DNA from: Octopus bimaculoides
Lineage: Eukaryota
NCBI RefSeq assembly: GCF_001194135.2
Contig: NC_068984.1
Span: 96,654,409-96,686,909, forward strand
DNA length: 32,501 nt
Direction of reading: 5' to 3'
Both the position numbers and the translations under genes were made by a program. Shown piece after piece: positions 1-10,034 of this stretch; positions within the stretch are counted from its first letter, which is position 1; each line of letters starts with the position of its first letter. The notes beneath the pieces were generated by a model, which was given only the letters and a program-made list of their open reading frames with translations, did not search any database and was not told where the DNA came from.

Positions 1-212
1 ATATATATATATATATATAAACATATATATATGTATATATACATATAGGTTAGCTGAGTTTAAGGGTAAAATAATCGTCTAAGGGATAGAAGTATCTATT
101 ACACTACCGGTATATTACCTATGTTTAACCATGTGCATATATATGCAAGCATAAATTATGCTCATAAATTATAGATAAAAACAAGGATAAACATGAGTTT
201 ATCGAGAATCAA

Positions 213-400
213 AACTTAAAGAAGACAGAAAATAGAGAAATATCGATGAACAACAATTAACACATACATACATACATACATACATACATACATACATACA
301 TACATGCATACATACAAATAAAAATATCCTGTTGTTAATGTTGAAATTCCATTGGAGGAGTCTTGGATCTAGGTTAGAAACCAGCTCTTTCTCTATTTGC
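213..400 (-). mobile_element. probable 3' tail remnant of an R4/Dong-type LINE
   Basis: 216-239 ttaaagaagacagaaaatagagaa matches 6827-6850 (distal 3' region of the R4-type element) at 23/24. Both are followed by caacaatt, with an 11-nt insert in this copy. The extent beyond 260 is uncertain. Confidence 0.4.
262..312. repeat. (CATA)n microsatellite
   Basis: Direct inspection. Confidence 0.95.
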
Positions 401-554
401 AAGAAATATTGAAATGACATACATACACACATTCATATAAAAGCCAAATCACTGAAAGTTGAGGAAAATTATGTGAAGTCAGTTTCTCGATAAATTAGAT
501 GCAACTCTAGCGAACGTAACGATAATATGAAGCTTCTTATGGACCTCAAAGGGG

Positions 555-1380
555 CAGCACACTCTGCCTTTTATGGAGTACTTGGATTACTTCACAGTAA
601 GCATCAGGGTTGGTATGATGAGAACAACCTTGAAATAAGCCACGTTTTGATTGCACACAGCACATGGACACTAGGTATCAAAGAAAGAAAGCTTAACCAA
701 AAAGAAGACCTATTTTGAGCTATTAAGGTTCAGACAAAAATCTTAGAGAAGTCTGAAAAAAAAAACATGGTAGATGCAACTAGGAAGAATACTATTGTTT
801 TCTGTGGTTAGCTGCAAAACCTTTACGGATCACAGACCTGTGTTTCGTCTCTTCTGACTTATGACGTTACAAAACTGTTGACTGAAAACAATGAGATCAT
901 ACAAAGATGGAAGGAATGGTTTTGAATGCTGGAAAAGTACACAGGAATGGTACGATTTCTTTATAAATCTAATCTGCATGAAATTCAGTCTGCGACCAAA
1001 CAAATGTTATCTGGAATGTCTCCTGTTCAGGTCAGCATATCCACTGAAATCTACAAATGTAGTAGCACGCAACTACGTTGTAAACTCCAGAAATCTTCTT
1101 TTTTTTTTTTTTTGGTAATATGGAGCAAAGAGCATGAACTCCAGGAAGTCTCCCATCAAAGATCTTTACAAAAACAAAAGCAACAAATCAATTTGTGGCA
1201 ACTATCTCAGTATTTCCCTTATTTCTATTGCCTGTAAAATCTTGATACATTTTATTATGCACAGATGATTTTATAGATGGTTCTTTTAGGTATAATTTAT
1301 CTCGAATCCCAGTGTGGCTTTACATCGGACAAGAGAGAGATCGATGTGATATACTCCGTTTAAAATGTTGTATTAAAAGG
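555..1380 (+). mobile_element. decayed RTE-clade (BovB-like) LINE fragment: post-endonuclease linker to N-terminal RT
   Basis: Frameshifted motifs in the expected order: KHQGWYDENN (599-628; cf. KHQDWFDEND), LLTENNEIIQRWKEWF, EIQSATKQMLSGMSPVQVSISTEIYK (cf. KAPGxDGIPAEIYK), LYKNKSNKSICGNYLSISL (from 1164), ESQCGF (1304-1321) and IDVIYSV. Confidence 0.85.
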
Positions 1381-1910
1381 AGGGGGAATTGCTTGCTTGG
1401 AGATACTGAGTATACATGGAACGACAGAGTCTGTAACAGTGGTCTTTTCAAGAAGTGTGGCACCTCAGTTTTTCAAGCTCTTGTTATCCCATAAAAGCTT
1501 TCCGAAGGATGAAGAATGCCTATCCAAGTTTCTGCTATGAAGCTAACTTTATTATAATCCATGAAATATTAGGAAACCTTTTCTAAAATACTTAGATAAA
1601 TAAAGATCAAATTTATGTGTTTCAAATGTGTCCATAATATGGTTCTTTCAAAATGTGATGGATAAATAACACTACGTTTGAAAGATCTTAAATTACAGAG
1701 AAAACACCGCTACAGTGTTATAAAAGACTTTGAACTCTAACGGTTTGAGAAACTACAAATGAACAGGTAAAAATGGAAATACGAATCGAACTTACTATCT
1801 TTTTGCGCTGTAGCTTGTGAAAACTAATGTTGGTTTGCGCCTCGGCGTACACAAGCATTTGGTACTTAACTAAGCAGTTGAACGGTCAAGCGTCAAAATC
1901 AACAGAAGAA

Positions 1911-1911
<1 letters not shown>

Positions 1912-1945
<34 letters not shown>

Positions 1946-2040
1946 TACACACATATATCCTTACATTTCATTTCTCTTTCTCGCTGTCTCTCCCTTTCTG
2001 TCTCCGTCTCTCTCTCTCTATCTATCTACCTAACTATCTA
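1912..2040. repeat. compound (CA)n / (CT)n / (CTAT)n microsatellites
   Basis: Direct inspection. Confidence 0.9.
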
Positions 2041-2659
2041 CCCATATCCCTATTCAAAGTCGAACATGTGACACGAACCCACATACGTTTCTTCCTAGCG
2101 ATCTTCTTTTTTATCACCTTTCTTTTCTCCCTCCTCTTCTCTGTTTCACCTTGACTTTCCTCAACATCTGGAGGACTGTGTCTAAAACGTTATAGCTTTT
2201 ACTCTTTCCAATCTTCTTTGAGCGTCAAACTAATAAAATTTACTAACGTCTCTTGCAAATTGCTTTATTTTATTATTTTGAATATATGAATATATATACA
2301 CACGTACATACACATAGATACATACACACACACATACACATATACGTACATTCAGGGAGAGATTGAGAGGGAGGTAGAGAGAGTGGGATAGAGAGTAACA
2401 GGATGTGGAAAAGTAATGACCATTTGGGATTGTTGACTTTGCAACCTCGTTCTCAATGCCCTTTATAACAACTTCCGTTGGTCTCATCATAGAGAAGATA
2501 AAAGTAAATATAAATCCTTTCCTACTGCCTTGCCATGATGACTGGCCTGGATTATTAATTTATGTATCTATGAACACCACACCCTATTACTCATACACAG
2601 ACGTACAGAATGCACGTACATTTACCTGCATTGGACACATACACACGTACACACGTATA

Positions 2660-2660
2660 C

Positions 2661-2726
<66 letters not shown>

Positions 2727-2766
2727 ATACATACCTACCTACATACATATAAGTGTATATATATAT
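2660..2766. repeat. (GT)n plus (CATA)/(TA) microsatellite
   Basis: Direct inspection. Confidence 0.95.
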
Positions 2767-2949
2767 ATTCATCTTTAGTTCCGACAGTTTTACCTGACAG
2801 TGACCTTCCATTTGCATAATAAATAAATTAATTAATTAAGTAATTAAGAAGAGTTAATTACTAAGAAGGGGAGGAAAGAAGGAAGCAAACAAAAATGTAT
2901 TATCCATTTATATTTCTTCCATCAACTGTACGTTAATGTTGAATTCTAC

Positions 2950-4110
2950 CGCTGTCGTTACGGTGCCGTAAGTGAGCCTCCCTTTTGAGTTACTACATCA
3001 AAGATTTATAATGGTTCATAAACCTTTTGGCCTTGATGCTCGTCTCTTTCCATAAAATCTTGTTTGATCTTGAAGTCTTTCAAGGTTGCTTTCACTGTAT
3101 ATTTGAGTCTTTTTCGTGATGCACCGACACTTCGGCTTTCATTCGCAAACTTAGAATAGACTAGACAACATATTCAGCCAAACGCAACTGGATTTACAAA
3201 AGCTTAGAAAACATACTTGGTGTATTGATACACCTACCAGTTTTAACATGCCTTTATGTTTAGAATTTTCTTAAATGATACATGTGGAAATGATTAAATG
3301 ATGAACATGGGACTGACCTACTGTCCAAATTTCTGCCCATCGTAAGCTCAAATTTTGGTGTCTAATGATAATATCTGAGCCGTCACACACTCTCTGTTGT
3401 TATTTTCCAAAATCCGTACTTAGCTTACCGATACATGATGATATTCGGTATAGATGTGGATATTTAAGGACAGTGTACTTCCAAGATATTTAAAATTAAC
3501 CACACAACATAAGATCGTACTTTTTCACTATTAAGTCACTCAGATGTCAGCGCTTACAGCTAGATTCTGTATCATAATAGAAGGTGAAAGTTTGTGTTGA
3601 TGTTAAAGAATTTGTGTTTACCACATTTCCTTAAAACGTACAGCAATTGCTGTTTCAAGAGCGGATCCCCATGTTTAATTTCGTCAAGGACGGTCCCCAA
3701 ACCCTGTTGCAAAAATAGGAGGGTGGTTGCTCTGCCGAGGTAGCCAGAACCAGGAAACCGGAGAAACCAGGCAAGAAACTGTATGGATCCTACTGGACAA
3801 CATTTTGCCAGAGTCCGTCATCCAGCGGCACCCACAGCGTATTAGCTGACAGGACAGTTTCCCTTTCCAAGCGCCAGCTAGGGATTTTACTTACTTTTAC
3901 ACTCCGTGTTTAAGATCACCGTAAAACTTGTCCTTAGCTTGATCTGAACTGACCAGAGAGGTAGCATAATCAGCGACAAAAGTGGTTTATTTCTTTTTCT
4001 TTTCCAGTTGAGTTCTCGGAGACATGATTTTATCGCTTCTTCCTTTGGACACCTTTTCTAATCTCTTCCTCATATAGGTAAGCAATACTGTCCTTAAGGA
4101 AGCTGCTCAG
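2950..4110 (-). mobile_element. decayed, internally deleted RTE-clade LINE (APE endonuclease joined to RT C-terminus)
   Basis: Minus strand gives KGRSDKIMSPRTQLEKKKK*TTFVADYATSLVSSDQAKDKFYGDL (APE, ~4060-3910) and KCGKHKFFNINTNF (cf. CAEHELVITNTIF, ~3630-3590). It then goes directly to VVNFKYLGSTLS (3503-3468), ILSLDTKI, QLRLAEYVV and RSVGASRKRLKYTVKATLKDFKI (~3136-3065). Confidence 0.85.
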
Positions 4111-4293
4111 TTACATTGGGTGTTCTCAACTTGACAGGGAAATGGTCAAAATATGCAGGTTTGAACTAAGTTTCCAGTCTATGCAGGTCTACTGTCACTG
4201 CACGCCCGCAACGGCGTAGGAATTTGTCAAGGCTGTGGCGAATAGAAAAAAGTGAGGAAGAGAAACAAGGGTAGAGTAATAGGCACACGCCAA

Positions 4294-4355
4294 GCTACTC
4301 TTTTACTCGTTTCAGACATATAGCTCCAGTCATGCTGGAGCACGACCGTAGAAAG
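4294..4355 (-). mobile_element. 3' end fragment of SINE family B (ccagcatg...tgaaacaagtaaaaga tail)
   Basis: Reverse complement gtgctccagcatgactggagctatatgtctgaaacgagtaaaagag matches the 3' ends of the copies at 23205-23378 and 28150-28368. Confidence 0.6.
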
Positions 4356-4650
4356 ACTAGTGCAAGAGATATTTTTTAAGTGATTCAAATTTAACGACAG
4401 CTGCGTGCACATCAAACTTGCTCTCACGTTCTCTCAAGATATACCCATTGGTAAGATAAGAACGAGACAATTGAGCTTGTATGAGAAAGTAGGAGAGTGC
4501 CAAAGTGGTCGAAGAGATCTTCAGCCTAACAGTATTATCTACGTGACCAGTATATGTTTATCCGGGATCATTGCTTCATGGCTTGCAACAAGATAAGATT
4601 ACGAATATTTTCTTTATATCCTGTATCAGAGGTTAGATTAAGGTTAAATT

Positions 4651-4871
4651 TAATGCTGTGGTTATATCAGAGCCCCAAATAACTCACAATATAAATCAAC
4701 ATTTGTTGATGAAAAATATCTAAGACTAATTATAGTGTACACTATGCAGTAAATGCGTTTCCTTAGCCAGTGCATATATATATATAATTAGTCTTAGATA
4801 TTTTTCATCAACAAATGTTTATTTATATTGTGAGTTATTTGGGGCTCTGATATAATATAACCACAGCATTA
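4651..4871. repeat. long inverted repeat (84/89-bp arms)
   Basis: 4651-4734 versus the reverse complement of 4783-4871 differ by one substitution and one 5-nt indel. The palindrome atagtgtacactat lies at 4732-4745. Confidence 0.95.
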
Positions 4872-4919
4872 TATATATANNNNNNNNNNNNNNNNNNNNN
4901 NNNATATATATATATATAT

Positions 4920-6795
4920 ATAATAGAAATATGTTTCAAAAAGAAAATAGAAACTGCACGTGGAAAAGATATGGAGAAAGTAAGAAAAAAAGCGAAAATG
5001 CACATTGGATATAAAAAAATAAAGGCCTTTTTAATGAAAAGTAACGATAAATATATACAATTAGATGAACGGAGGTAGAATTAAGAGGAATAAAAGTCAT
5101 TATTATGAATTATTAAAGGGATTCAAAGTCATACCAGTTTTGTCAATTACTGTTCACTGGCTTTGAGTGCGCACAAATTACCAAACAGTGCTGGGTCTAC
5201 TAGTCCCTGAATAAAAAGCTTGTGTATAAGGGAGGTAAGTAGTTCTGGATGTGGTGCAGTTAGGGTAGATATAATACTGTTATATGAATGGTGTATGGGA
5301 TGTATGGGAGTTAGTGGTATTATTGATAAGGTTAGTAGTGTTCTGTATTATGTTATGTGTTCATATTAAGTTGTGGATGGAATTTATTGATAAAAGTTAC
5401 CTTTTTATTCATTCTTTGCTGTACTGAGGTTTTCTATGAACATTGATAGAAGGGGAAAATTAGGAAGTTAGGATTAAGGTTCCTAGCACATGTGTTCACT
5501 GACCCATATGTCAGTGTTCTATGTGTTCACTGACCCGTATCTGTCTGTATTGTGGGTGACGGATTTGTTCTTTGTGAAGAGTGGTTCTTCGACAGAGTGA
5601 TATTCCTGTTTGGCCAATATATTGATTACCTCACCTTAGGCAGGTAATGGCATAGATTATTTTTTCCGAGGCACAGGTGAAATATGATTTAATCTTAAAT
5701 ATTTCACCTTGTTTAAAGTGGAACTCTGTACCCTGCAAAGGGTGGGGGCATGTGCCACAGTTAGGCCGACCGCATTTTGTCACTTTTGGTTCCGTTGTTA
5801 ATGGATATAGTCTTGCGTTGGTTAATATTTTTTTCAATGATTTCGGTTGCATTTTACTCTTGATAATTTTGTGTGAGCCTAAAATTTTGTTCATTATTTT
5901 ATCTTCTATGAGAATGGGTAGATTTTAGATGATAATTTTGAAGGCTTCATTGTTTCTAGGGTTATGAGTGAAGATGTATGGGAGTATTTTTAAGTCTGGT
6001 GTAGTATTTCGGTTAATTTCCCTTAATGTTCGTATATCTATTTCCTTTGCTTGTTTAATCCCATCATTTATTAATGATGTTGGGTAATGTCTCTTGATTA
6101 GTATTGATCTGAGTTCAAGGAGTCTTCGTTTACGAGTATTGGGTTCTCAACTGATGCCACCCCAAACACACAAAAATTAATATTCCTTATAATCTAGCGA
6201 AAATAATCTAGCGAAAATAATCTGTACAGATTCTTTTTGCTAGATTATAAGGTATATTAATTTTTATGTGTTGGAGTGGCATGAGTTGAATAATAGGTAT
6301 TGTTTTGAATTTGTGTGTTTATAGAAGATGTCTGTTTCGATGTGGTTATTGACTATTTTAATTAGGATGTCAAGAAAAGGGAGTTGTTTGTTGCTGTGCT
6401 CCATGGTGAATTGTATGTTGCTATTAATATTCTTAAGCATTATTTTGAAATCGAGGAGTTTGTCCATGCTATCTTTCCAAAGTATAAAGCAATCATCTAA
6501 ATACCTCTTCCAGTTCTCCTACAAATAGCAATAAAATGAGGTGCCAGATTTTTGTAGTGATGATTGGTATATTTTAAGTCCTAGGTAACCCATGAGAAGG
6601 TTCGCAATCACTGGAGCAGCTCGGGTTCTCCTTGATATTCCACATTTTTGTCGATAGTAAACTGTATCGAACATGAAATAGTTATTCAGTTGGATGAATT
6701 TAAGTGCTGCGATTATGACTCTGTGGTTGATGTGTCCTGGGATCTCTTCTGGGTATTTTTCTAGCCAGAAGGTAATTGCTTGTACACCATAATCG
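4920..6795 (-). mobile_element. 5'-truncated Penelope-like element (RT plus C-terminal GIY-YIG endonuclease pseudo-ORF ~6795-5340, then 3' non-coding region)
   Basis: Minus strand gives ITFWLEKYPEEIP, QKCGISRRTRAAPVIANLLMGYL, WKRYLDDCFILW (YxDD), IQFTME-LPFLDI-TDIFYKHTNSKQYLLFNSCH, NIPYNLAKRICT, RRLLELRSILIKRHYP, KCGRPNCGTC, IIYAITC..YIGQTG (GIY-YIG) and FINKFHPQLN. The 5' end abuts (TA)n at 6796. Confidence 0.93.
6147..6289. repeat. zero-loop inverted duplication inside the Penelope-like ORF
   Basis: Centred on the palindrome tctgtacaga (6221-6230). The right arm 6226-6289 matches the left arm 6147-6225 with about 6 substitutions, one 1-nt indel and a 14-nt tandem duplication. Confidence 0.93.
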
Positions 6796-6819
<24 letters not shown>

Positions 6820-6826
<7 letters not shown>

Positions 6827-7469
6827 TTAAAGAAGATAGAAAATAGAGAACAACAATTGACTTACATCAATTATTATTTATTAATTCAATACAAATAGAT
6901 TGCATCCCATCTAACAGTTGTTTCTGCTTCCAATGTTGTATGGTATTGCCATTGATATGCTAAAATATTTATCATATTTGGTAGTAAAACCGATCCGAAA
7001 CATGGAGCATCATTATCTTTATTTATTCTTCACTCCGATGAAGCTCCATGTTTCAGATCGGTTTTATTACTTCTGGAAAATTTTACAGATTTATACAGTT
7101 CCAGTTATGGATTGAATATGTAGTCTTCGAATTAGCTTTCTCCTTTCTGATTTTGAGAAGCCTAAGTTTTCAAGATTGGTATTTAAGCATTGTGTTACAT
7201 ATCCCAGAGTCCCAATAAGTTTCTCATCCTTATCCCAGATCATTATATCAGGCCTGTTGTGCTTACATTTTATTGAGATCTGGGACATTGTACCAGTACA
7301 CATTTTTTATTATGAGTGGTTATGACATCTACCATACTATGAGTTCTTATTTCTTTGTCCTCGGGGTTATCATTCCGACGGATTTCATTATAATGTCCTA
7401 GCCACAACATCATGTCTCATCGGTAGATATACCATGATGACATTTTCGGGCAACTGCTTATGATGTGGG
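6820..7469 (-). mobile_element. 5'-truncated R4/Dong-clade LINE: CCHC knuckle, REL endonuclease (internally deleted), 3' UTR
   Basis: Minus strand gives HIISSCPKMSS..RHDVVARTL, KCKHNRPDIMIWDKDEKL|IGTLGYVTQCLNTNLENLGF..QSITGTVKICKIFQK* (stop at 7069-7067). Both ends abut microsatellites. Confidence 0.9.
6981..7070. other. 28-bp stem-loop in the R4-type 3' UTR
   Basis: gtagtaaaaccgatccgaaacatggagc (6981-7008) versus the reverse complement of 7043-7070 matches at 26/28, with a 34-nt loop. Confidence 0.9.
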
Positions 7470-7514
7470 TATGTATGTATATATGTATGTATACTAGCCA
7501 CTATGCCACGCGTG

Positions 7515-7750
7515 AAGGCGAGTGGCCCACTGGTTAGAGTGTTGTAGGGTGTCGCACTCAAGATCGAAAGAACGTTATTTCGATTCCCGGACCCGGCGGT
7601 GCGTTGTGTTCCTAAACAAAATATTTCATTTCGCGTTCCTTTGCAATCACTTTAACATCTGACGTTTGGCACACCTTGCACCTGTACTAGTTATGTGGAT
7701 TTTCATTGAGGACGTTAATGAACAATACTACAAATTGATCACTACAAATT
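7515..7750 (+). mobile_element. degenerate tRNA-derived SINE
   Basis: A-box-like gtggcccactggttag and B-box-like tttcgattccc, followed by gcgttgtgttcctaaacaaaatatttcatttc. The architecture is similar to 28578-28706. Confidence 0.7.
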
Positions 7751-8199
7751 GTGGAACAAGAAAGGGAGCAAGAATTTGTGGATCAAGAAGTTAGGGAACC
7801 TTCATCTGTTGTTTACGACAGGAGAAACCACGACATGTGCGGGCGTGTGTGTGTGTGTAACTACTTAACTTCATTTTACACTTAGTCTGTCCACTGATTA
7901 AAGAAGTCTAGACAATATTTTGCTTCGTTGACGAGGGCTAATAAGATTTGTCTGATAACAAAGATTAATATTTTTTTTCCAAATAAGAAAATTCAATTCA
8001 TTGAGGCGCGCACACAAACGCACATATGCGCCTATGAAGTCACACGCACATATATACACCCGCCCACCACATGTATGTATGCATGTATGTCTATTCGCGT
8101 CTGTGTGTGTGTGCTCGTGTAACCTCTCGCAAGGGTGGGTATGGATATAATCGTTCTATGACCCTACGCTCTGTCTCTGACCCCCCTCTCTCTCTTTCT

Positions 8200-8297
8200 C
8201 TCTCTCAAATTAGCTTCACCACCACTGTTAGTAACACCACCATCACTTCTATTACTGCCATTATCACCACCGTTGTTGCTCCTGGAGCTACTGCAGT

Positions 8298-8332
<35 letters not shown>

Positions 8333-8350
8333 TTATTACCAAATCAATAA
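8200..8350. repeat. (ACC)/(ACT)n trinucleotide microsatellite tract
   Basis: Direct inspection; it explains the Thr-rich ORF 8071-8418. Confidence 0.9.
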
Positions 8351-8929
8351 TAATAATATGCAAAATTGACGCAGGAACGTCTCTTAGGGGACACGACTCC
8401 GTCCACTGTTTTATATAGCAACCCCCCGCCTATCACAGCTACACCACCACACCTCCGCAAACCCTAACCGCCCCAATTCATTCATAGTTTGATACATCAT
8501 ATAGATACCGGAAGTAGAGTCCGATGACTTCTTAATTGATTTGACATGTTTGGAGAGCGACAGTAAAATTGGTTCCAGCTCTGTATGTCAACACTCAACA
8601 CCCAGTTTTCAGCTGAAGCAGTAAATCACCGAACGCTAAGTAGCACAATATCCCTAGACTATGAAACTGTAGCCCCCAACGATACGCAACACAGCCCAAT
8701 ACTATGGAATTCTAGCCCCCACCTCATCACCACCCATACCACAACCATCATTATTTTCCTTACCCTTACAGTCACTATCATCACTCCAACCGCAAATCCT
8801 CCTACCGCCGCCCTCCCATGCACCACCACCACCACCACCACCATCAAAGTACCTATATCATTCCTGTTGCATTCGCTACTATTAACTCTACTACTGTCAC
8901 TGTACTATACACCACTGTTTCTTAACCAT

Positions 8930-9290
8930 TTTTTACATATGGACCCCGCTTTGATCCTCAAATGGCTATTTGCTGCTTAAAAAATCCTATCATATTTTTA
9001 GACTTAAATATTATTAGGAATTAAAATATTTTGTATATTATAAAAGTATGATCAATTTCTTGCACATAAATTTTAAGAACATAACTTTAACCTATGGAGC
9101 CCTTTGATTCCTGTTTACTTGGGTAGACCTTCCTAATGATTTGTTTAAAAATCATATATTTTTATTATTCAATATTATTGAGGATTGTAGAAAAGATTAT
9201 TAAAATATTTTGTATATTGTAAAAATATAACCAATCTATTGCGCATAAATTTTAACAACAAAATCTTATATGGAGCCCTAAGGATCATGT
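8930..9290. repeat. degenerate ~160-180-bp tandem duplication (~2.3 units), possibly inside a hAT-like MITE
   Basis: taaaatattttgtatatt at 9022 and 9201; tatggagccct at 9093 and 9269; tatggacccc near 8938. The sequence cactgtttcttaacc at 8913 resembles a hAT-Charlie TIR (cagtggttctcaacc), but no convincing partner TIR or TSD is visible. Confidence 0.6.
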
Positions 9291-9664
9291 GGGACTCTAC
9301 ACTATGGCCTGTACTATATAATTCTACCTCCAGCATTATGAAACGGTTTAACACCGCCAACACTACTATGTTATCTTATCTCCCACTCTTTGCAATATTT
9401 CAACAATATCGCCAATAGTAACCCAGCACTACTCCCGAAACTATATCTAATACTATGTTATTCAACACCCAATAAGGTTAACTTTACCATTGATCCTTCT
9501 ATTAACAATGCTATCAATAACAGTCAACAACTGGAATCGATTTAATTAATTACACTTCTTAATCAATAGTTTCAGCAATTGAGTCGCTGCAATCGACCCA
9601 TCCCCTTCTTTAGCTGGCCTTCTGTCACAGTATAAAACTGTAATAGTTATTGTTATTAACCATC

Positions 9665-9841
9665 CCACGCCGGACAAAACGTTTAGCATCACTCATTCTG
9701 GCTTTACGTTCTGAGTTCAAATGCCGCAAAGTTTGACCTTGCCCTTCATCCTTTTTCAGAAGTATCGATAAACTAAGTACCGTGTGAAAAACGACTCCCA
9801 TCAAAATTGCTAGACGTGTGCCAAAAGTTAGAAAGAATAAT
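9665..9841 (+). mobile_element. CORE-type OR-like SINE copy a (degenerate)
   Basis: Homologous to 20625-20856 (ttacgttctgagttcaaat, gcccttcatcc, gataaactaagtacc), with a tail ending agaaagaataat. Confidence 0.75.
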
Positions 9842-10016
9842 ACTTTCTACCAAAGGCACAAGGCATAGACCCCAGTACTTGACTTATTTCATTGATCCCG
9901 AAAAGATGAAAGGCAAAGTCGACCACGGCAGAATTCGAACTCAGAAGTGAAGATAAACGAAATACCGCTAAGCATTTTACCCATGCTTCTAACCATTCTG
10001 CTAGCTCGCCGCCTTA
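9836..10016 (-). mobile_element. CORE-type OR-like SINE copy b
   Basis: Reverse complement begins aaggcggcgagctagcagaatggttag, includes gagttcgaattctgccg and gcctttcatcttttcgggatc, and ends in the gccttgtgcctttggtagaaagtattatt tail. Confidence 0.88.
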
Positions 10017-10034
10017 GTAATAATCCTTTCTACT

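Noticed and set aside
8505-8624. 39-codon frame after an AG (IPEVESDDFLIDLTCLES...) as a possible terminal exon
   Set aside because: The polypyrimidine tract is weak, I recognise no homology, and the length is expected by chance.
8071-8980. Thr/Pro-rich mucin-like ORFs (8071-8418, 8585-8980)
   Set aside because: They arise from ACC/ACT trinucleotide repeats that lack stops in one frame; there are no domain or splice signals.
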